Below, one piece after another: positions 58,420-64,000 of a stretch of DNA of 64,000 bases. The position numbers were made by a program, and so were the translations under genes. The DNA is taken from assembly GCA_038249055.1 (NCBI GenBank), contig JBBRWS010000005.1, positions 1,822-65,821 on the forward strand, written 5' to 3'. A model generated the notes under the pieces. It was not told where the DNA came from, did not search any database, and saw only the letters and a list, made by a program, of their open reading frames with translations. Every line of letters starts with the position of its first letter. Position 1 is the first letter of the stretch. Source of the stretch: Minisyncoccia bacterium. Its GTDB lineage: Bacteria; Patescibacteriota; Minisyncoccia; Phycocordibacterales; UBA9973.

Positions 58420-59169
58420 ATGATAATAAATTATTTATATGCAATTATTAGTGTTGTCGCGGTGAGCCTTGTCTCACTCATAGGAGTATTTTCTCTTTCT
58501 TTAAAGGAAGATATTTTAAAGAAATATATTAATTTGTTTATTAGTTTAGCAATTGGAGCTTTGTTGGGAGACGCTTTTATACACATTATTCCTGAAGCTT
58601 TTGAGAGTAGACTCGGATCTAATCTAGCCAGTATTTTAGTTATTATTGGAATCTTATTATTTTTTATAATAGAGAAATTTATTCATTGGCATCACCACGG
58701 AGAAGATACAGAAGAAAGTCATGTACATCCAGTTGGTAAATTAGTTTTATTTACAGATGGATTTCACAATTTTATTGATGGCGTTATTATAGGAGCTAGT
58801 TTTATTGTTAGTATTCCAGTTGGGATTGCTACGACCCTCGCTGTTATTTTACACGAGATCCCGCAAGAAATAGGGGATTTCGCTGTTTTGATTCATGCTG
58901 GATATACAAAAAAACGTGCTCTATGGTTGAATTTGATTTCAGCTCTTGCTTCTGTTTTAGGATTAATTGTAGTTTTTATTTTTGGAAATATTATTGATGA
59001 TATTGCATTGTGGTTTATACCTATTGCAGCTGGTGGTTTTATATATATTGCAGTTGCAGATTTAATTCCAGAGCTTCATAAAACAAAAAATATCAAACAT
59101 TCATTTATCCAGTTGTCAGTAATAATGATTGGCGTTATGTCTATGGTTGCACTAACATTTTTAGAATAG
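58420..59169 (+). CDS. ZIP-family zinc transporter
   Basis: LLGDAF.H..PE, HWHHH loop, DGFHNFIDG, HEIPQEIGDF. Confidence 0.95.
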   Translation: MIINYLYAIISVVAVSLVSLIGVFSLSLKEDILKKYINLFISLAIGALLGDAFIHIIPEAFESRLGSNLASILVIIGILLFFIIEKFIHWHHHGEDTEESHVHPVGKLVLFTDGFHNFIDGVIIGASFIVSIPVGIATTLAVILHEIPQEIGDFAVLIHAGYTKKRALWLNLISALASVLGLIVVFIFGNIIDDIALWFIPIAAGGFIYIAVADLIPELHKTKNIKHSFIQLSVIMIGVMSMVALTFLE

Positions 59170-59271
59170 AATTGTTTGCTGATAATTTAATTATAAAAAG
59201 AAAAAAACCACTCATAGATAGAATAGAGTGATTTTTTTCTTAGATTTAATTGCTTTATAATAACAATCAAA

Positions 59272-59544
59272 TTATTTAACAGCGTCTTTAAGAGCCTTTG
59301 CTGCTCTAAACTTTGGAACTGTTGTTGCGGCTACTTTAACTTGTTCTCCTGTTTTAGGATTACGAGCCATACGTGCTGCACGTGCTTTTACTGAAAATAT
59401 TCCAATACCTGCTATTGATACTTCGCCTCCCTTTTTCAAGGTAGCAACGATTGCATCAAATATTCCATTCACAACTTCTTCGGCTTGAACTTTTGTTCCA
59501 CCAATTTTTTCATGAACGAGTTCTACTATTGCTTGTTTATTCAT
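59272..59544 (-). CDS. hup: DNA-binding protein HU
   Basis: MNK, G.FSV..RAAR.ARNPKTGE, PKFRA.KALKDAV. Confidence 0.96.
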   Translation of the reverse strand: MNKQAIVELVHEKIGGTKVQAEEVVNGIFDAIVATLKKGGEVSIAGIGIFSVKARAARMARNPKTGEQVKVAATTVPKFRAAKALKDAVK

Positions 59545-59704
59545 TATTTATGTTCTGTATTTTTAAAGATACAGAATATTATTTGAATAATAATTCGACC
59601 GTTTTCAAACGATCCCTAATAAATAGGTATAATGTTATTATATACCAAGCCAATATTAATACAAGGGTTTTAGGTGTTTGACAAAATTACTCTTTGTGTT
59701 TAAT

Positions 59705-60496
59705 TTATTCACTAATTTTGTCGCTTGCTTGATTCCACGCGATCTCAAACATCATTTTCATAAAATCAGCTATAGATTTATTTGTAATAATTATTGAATG
59801 AAGTCCTTGATCCCAGATAGTAAAGACTGTATGATTTTTCCATGTAGAAAAATTTAAATTTGGATTTAATATTGATTTTGAAATAACCCTCGTTTCTCTC
59901 ATTTTTATTCTAGCTTCATTTAGTTCATCTATAGCAAGAGGAGAATCTGTTATTATGTTTCTAGAACGTATCCCTTTTTTTCTGCGAGCTACCCCGTAAC
60001 CCTTTAATCTATTGCGAGCTACGGTGAAAGTCTCTACATCTCCAGACATTCTTACAACTTCACCCCCTTTTTCTTGCTCTAGTGACCTAAAATATGTTTC
60101 AATAAACCCATCTTCTCCTTCTAAATACTCAACATCAATCTTTTCACTTTCACCACGAAGAGCAAAAAATGCTCTTAAGTCTGGAAGTACGGATTCAAGC
60201 TCAAGCATCTTATTATTCACAATATTTTGCTCGTATTCAACTAATTTCTTTATTTTTTCAGGCTTTTCGATATATATCATTCTCCTTTTACCTAATATTG
60301 TTATACCGAGAACATTTTTTGCAATTAGATTCTCTACTGCCAAGTGTATGGTGGAGCGAGGAAGTTTGACTCCTTGTGCAATATCAGCAATATTTGAAAC
60401 TCCATTTTTGAATAAGTAAAAAATAACCTGTTGTTCTGCCATATCTAGGCCGATATTCTTTAAAGTTTTTTTAATTTCTTGAGATATTTCTATCAT
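59705..60496 (-). CDS. TrmB-family HTH transcriptional regulator
   Basis: L..IGL...E..V...L, IA....LPRST.H, EG.DG, F...W C-terminus. Confidence 0.85.
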   Translation of the reverse strand: MIEISQEIKKTLKNIGLDMAEQQVIFYLFKNGVSNIADIAQGVKLPRSTIHLAVENLIAKNVLGITILGKRRMIYIEKPEKIKKLVEYEQNIVNNKMLELESVLPDLRAFFALRGESEKIDVEYLEGEDGFIETYFRSLEQEKGGEVVRMSGDVETFTVARNRLKGYGVARRKKGIRSRNIITDSPLAIDELNEARIKMRETRVISKSILNPNLNFSTWKNHTVFTIWDQGLHSIIITNKSIADFMKMMFEIAWNQASDKISE

Positions 60497-60951
60497 AAAT
60501 GGATTATATCATATACATTAAAAATGACAAATATTTATGACAAAAATATGAAATATCTATATTTTACTTATATATTTAGACAAAATACACACAGAGTATC
60601 AAAATACCTTGTCAAAATACTTGACTATACATTAAATTATGTTAATCTATGCAAATAGTAATGAAAGACAATAATTCATTATATAAGTGTTCGTTAAAAG
60701 TTCTTGAAAGGTAGATTTTAGGTATTATTTTAATAAATGATACTCAAGATCTTCCTTTTAAGGATAAAGATGAGGCGGTGGCAACCGACGATCAGGGTTT
60801 ATTTACATAAGTGCACGCGTGTAATATAAACTACAAGCCTGGGTTATAGAGACTAGATAAAACTGAACATTAAAAATCGGAACAATTTTTAATGGACCAT
60901 TGTAGGTATGGAAAGTAGGCAGAGTCTACCCAACAAAATGTCTCAAAACAA

Positions 60952-61075
60952 AGGAGAAACAAATGCTTAGGCAAATGTTTCTCCTCATTATTCAGTTCGT
61001 AAGCGTGTCCCGTAGTGAGCTTTACTCTACTACCAGGATAATTTTGTGGATTGATAGTTAAATTGTTCTTTTAAA
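60952..61075 (+). repeat. Intergenic structured unit, copy 1
   Basis: AGGAGAA..TTCTCCT CATTATTCAGTTC..TTGTGGATTGATAGT..ATTGTTCTTT. Confidence 0.7.
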
Positions 61076-61084
61076 TCACATGAT

Positions 61085-61246
61085 ATGAAAAAAATTAGAG
61101 AATTTGTGAGAGATTTTGCTGATAATTATCCATGGTTGACTGCGATTATAACCATTTGTTTGGTGATTTATTTGCTTCAGATTTCCGGATTTGTCGCTTG
61201 GCACCAACATTTTTTGGATTCTTTTTGGGAGAATAAAAGATTCTAG
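61085..61246 (+). CDS. Small single-TM protein (53 aa, not in track)
   Basis: MKKIREFVRDFADNYPWLTAIITICLVIYLLQISGFVAWHQHFLDSFWENKRF. Confidence 0.6.
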   Translation: MKKIREFVRDFADNYPWLTAIITICLVIYLLQISGFVAWHQHFLDSFWENKRF

Positions 61247-61301
61247 GAAAATAAGTGAGCCTAATAGTAAAATCACTTACAATTAATTTAATTTTTTATA
61301 A

Positions 61302-61541
61302 ATGAAAAAACTGAAGTTGGCGATTGGACAAAAAGTATTTGTTGTAAACTTAATTCATGGGGTTGTAAGAAATAGTGAGTATGGAAAGTTATCGGAAGTT
61401 AACGAACCTAACAACATTATTTTATCATTACAACCTTTTGGTGAAAGTATTATCCCTATTGATAATGGGAGCGACAAGATACTTAAAATTTATGACAAAC
61501 AAGGATATGTCATTTATGATGCCGAAACCAGTATTAAATAA
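61302..61541 (+). CDS. Small hypothetical protein
   Basis: 79 aa ORF in plus-strand run. Confidence 0.6.
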   Translation: MKKLKLAIGQKVFVVNLIHGVVRNSEYGKLSEVNEPNNIILSLQPFGESIIPIDNGSDKILKIYDKQGYVIYDAETSIK

Positions 61542-61586
61542 TCCTGAAGGAAATGGATGAGCCTCATAGTAAAATCATCTACAAAC

Positions 61587-61660
61587 AGGAGAAGAATTCT
61601 TCTCCTCATTATTCAGTTCATAAATTAATTTGTGGATTGATAGTGAGATTGTTCTTTAAA
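61587..61660 (+). repeat. Intergenic structured unit, copy 2
   Basis: AGGAGAA..TTCTCCTCATTATTCAGTTC..TTGTGGATTGATAGT..ATTGTTCTTT, shares blocks with 60952. Confidence 0.7.
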
Positions 61661-61723
61661 ACAAATTTAATTGGTTCCCATAGTTTCTATTTGGAGGTTA
61701 TGGAAACCAATTAAATTTTAAAT

Positions 61724-61888
61724 ATGAAAAAGTTTTTTCTTCGAGCACTCATTTTAATTGTGTTACTGGTGGCGTATTTTATTAATCCTGGAGCAGCTCT
61801 ATTTTTAGCAGTCTATGTTTCATTGAGATTATTATCACCAACTATTGCCGTATTTCTATCTAATCATTTTAGAAAAAAAGTAAAGTAG
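61724..61888 (+). CDS. Small membrane protein (54 aa, not in track)
   Basis: MKKFFLRALILIVLLVAYFINPGAALFLAVYVSLRLLSPTIAVFLSNHFRKKVK. Confidence 0.6.
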   Translation: MKKFFLRALILIVLLVAYFINPGAALFLAVYVSLRLLSPTIAVFLSNHFRKKVK

Positions 61889-61908
61889 TCAGTTAAACAA
61901 TCATTAAG

Positions 61909-62202
61909 ATGTATGTGTGCCTTGAGGGCTATCAAACACCTCGTGAAATCGTGGAGCATGACGGAAAACTGTATTTTGAAGTGGCGGAACAAGGTCACTG
62001 CAGTATCTGTCAGTCACGAATCAGTCACATATATGGTGTTGTTGCTCGTAAGAAATTACAAGTAACATACGGCCATTTAATGGACCGATTCCCGCGTGAT
62101 GCGAGGACCTTATGGGTCGGGTTAGAAAAATCTAAGGTCGAGATGAGTAATGAAGAGATTAAAAACCTTTTCCGTGAAACTCTCGAGCTTCCGATATTCT
62201 AA
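61909..62202 (+). CDS. Hypothetical protein
   Basis: 97 aa ORF with CxxC, higher GC than surroundings. Confidence 0.55.
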   Translation: MYVCLEGYQTPREIVEHDGKLYFEVAEQGHCSICQSRISHIYGVVARKKLQVTYGHLMDRFPRDARTLWVGLEKSKVEMSNEEIKNLFRETLELPIF

Positions 62203-62398
62203 TCTATGCTGATAGCCTGGAAAAATCCAAACAAGGAAAACCGAAGTAAAGTAAGTAATCCGCTGGTTCTAGATTCTCATCTGGATTTGTCTTATAGACA
62301 TGAGAATAGTGTTTTGTCCCCATTTGTCACAGTAACAAAAGGAGAGCCTAGAGAAAGCAGAGTCTCAAAAGTCACGAGGAGAGATTAACTCTCTCCTC

Positions 62399-62449
62399 AC
62401 TATAACAAGATGAATGTCTTGTCTGATGAGTCCAAAAGGACGAAATAGT
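62399..62449 (+). ncRNA. Type III hammerhead ribozyme
   Basis: ACTA-TA^-ACAAGAT gaat GTCTTGT-CTGATGA-GTCC aaaa GGAC-GAAA-TAGT: all core nucleotides and three stems. Confidence 0.9.
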
Positions 62450-62518
62450 AAATAGTTCATTCATAATATAAATATATTTAATTTAAAACTGGGGACAGGG
62501 AACTGAACAAAATTTGAG

Positions 62519-63046
62519 ATGGAAAGTAACATTATTGGTCAAATCCAGAATAATGAAGGAATTAACGACACGCAAATTCTTAAATTGGTTAAAAACAAGA
62601 AATCACTTCTAGTTCATGCTGTTAATGGTTCTTTGTTTTTTACTTTATATCACGAAGAGATGGATATGAGAATTATCGGCTCTTGTATAAATGAAATTAA
62701 TATCAATGTACGAAGTTTACCAACCAAGCAAGCCCTTGTTGATATATACGACATAAAAAAAGACTACCCACAAGAAGATACTTTTAAATCCCTTGGAGTT
62801 AGTCTTGATGATTTGTGTTTAAATCAACATCAGATTATTGATTTTATTTATTCAAACCAAAAAAGAATTTGTAGCGAAAGACAAACTTACATCCCTTTTA
62901 AAATAGAAGATAATTTCTTTTTTGTTTCGGTCAAGAAATATAAAATGAAGGGAGTTTTTGCTCCTGTGCTCTGGTTTGGTGTTCTTAATAATGAATCGCG
63001 ATTCTTTAAAATGGATAATCCTCGTATTCTTGTTAAACACATATAG
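62519..63046 (+). CDS. Hypothetical protein
   Basis: 175 aa ORF followed by terminator at ~63078-63108. Confidence 0.7.
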   Translation: MESNIIGQIQNNEGINDTQILKLVKNKKSLLVHAVNGSLFFTLYHEEMDMRIIGSCINEININVRSLPTKQALVDIYDIKKDYPQEDTFKSLGVSLDDLCLNQHQIIDFIYSNQKRICSERQTYIPFKIEDNFFFVSVKKYKMKGVFAPVLWFGVLNNESRFFKMDNPRILVKHI

Positions 63047-63164
63047 TTTATATATTTAATTGTGTTCAATAAGATTAGAACCCTGTCTGTAAAGATGGGG
63101 TTTGTTTTATTTAGTTTATAAATATTATTGGGAGTTGTTAACCAATTGTGAGATAATATATAGT

Positions 63165-63866
63165 ATGAATTTTAATCCAAATAAATGGAACACAGTAGAT
63201 GATAATAAAAAAAATCAATTGAATAATAAACTTATTGATCATGAGTATAAAAGAAAAGATAATATTGAGTTTAAACTTGGAGATACAGATATAAAATTAA
63301 AATATTCTTCTCCTGATTTTAGTTATTTATTTAAGATGCTTTTTAAAAAACCAGCTAGTTTTGAACCATCTATTGGAAATTTAAACATATTAATAAATTT
63401 AAGAAAAATAGATGAATTAATTATTGAGAATTCTTCCGATACATATTCAACAAAAGATATTTTAACAAAAGATTGGCAAATATTTTTTTGGACAATTAAA
63501 AATATAAACTTTAGAAGTTCTATAAGTTTAGAGGAAAAAATAATTTTTTTAGAAGAAGATCCCTTAACCTCAAAAGGAATATTACAGCTGGCTCATGAAA
63601 TTGGCCATTTTGAGCAAGATCAAATTTTATCAAAAGAAGAAAAGAAAATAAGAGAAAATATTAGAGTTGGACTCAACTTAGGAATAGTTGATAATGAAAG
63701 TAAGGGTATTATTATCCAAGAAGAAAGAACCGCTTGGGCATATGCTTTAAATCATTTTAGGCATTTTAATAAAGATTTAAATATTTCCAACAATGATATT
63801 GAAGAAACTGTTCACAGAGAATGTCTTAAAAGTTATGAGGAAAATATTGAGAATTTAAACAATTAA
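63165..63866 (+). CDS. Hypothetical HExxH zinc-metallopeptidase-like protein
   Basis: LAHEIGH and downstream EER.AW..A; ATG 63165 preferred. Confidence 0.7.
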   Translation: MNFNPNKWNTVDDNKKNQLNNKLIDHEYKRKDNIEFKLGDTDIKLKYSSPDFSYLFKMLFKKPASFEPSIGNLNILINLRKIDELIIENSSDTYSTKDILTKDWQIFFWTIKNINFRSSISLEEKIIFLEEDPLTSKGILQLAHEIGHFEQDQILSKEEKKIRENIRVGLNLGIVDNESKGIIIQEERTAWAYALNHFRHFNKDLNISNNDIEETVHRECLKSYEENIENLNN

Positions 63867-63869
63867 TAT

Positions 63870-63918
63870 AAAAAATAAAATCCCCCACATATTAAATATG
63901 TGGGGGATTTTATTTTTT
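63870..63918. terminator. Bidirectional terminator
   Basis: AAAATAAAATCCCCCACAT..ATGTGGGGGATTTTATTTT. Confidence 0.85.
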
Positions 63919-63919
63919 T

Positions 63920-64000
63920 CTATCTTGCGTATTCTATAATTCTATTTTCTCTTATCATTGTAACTCTGATTTCACCTGGGTAGGTGAGCTCTTGTTCTAT
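63920..64000 (-). CDS. rny: C-terminus of ribonuclease Y (runs off window)
   Basis: IEQELTYPGEIRVTMIRENRIIEYAR* matches the conserved RNase Y C-terminus. Confidence 0.88.
   Translation of the reverse strand: MEQELTYPGEIRVTMIRENRIIEYAR

Noticed and set aside
62206-62388. 60-aa ORF
   Set aside because: Lies in the structured leader before the hammerhead; no protein features

Overview
AT-rich bacterial chromosomal segment whose gene set and style point to Patescibacteria/CPR (Parcubacteria-like; inference). It spans the replication origin (dnaN-oriC-dnaA / rpmH-rnpA-yidD-yidC-jag), a ~20 kb minus-strand VirB4/PrgI/VirB6/pilin-like secretion and surface-protein locus, housekeeping genes (ruvBC, tyrS, PBP1A, rsmA, pcrA, comM, pnp, rpsO, xer-type recombinase, xth, cca, HU, partial rny), four tRNAs, six parS-like sites and an accessory island. 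The most interesting signals are non-coding. (1) A family of small elements with CCCGTTAG...CTAACGGG inverted ends sits exactly at start codons, usually with a 6-bp duplication; one copy carries a complete GIY-YIG nuclease gene. (2) Every tRNA is followed by a conserved multi-stem element whose variable arms are complementary to that tRNA's own 3' half. (3) There are two His-His ribosome-attenuator-like switches, one built into the 3' end of a TrpR/YerC repressor gene, and they precede non-his genes. (4) A canonical type III hammerhead ribozyme occupies one slot of a thrice-repeated intergenic unit. All calls were made by eye; no database searches were run.
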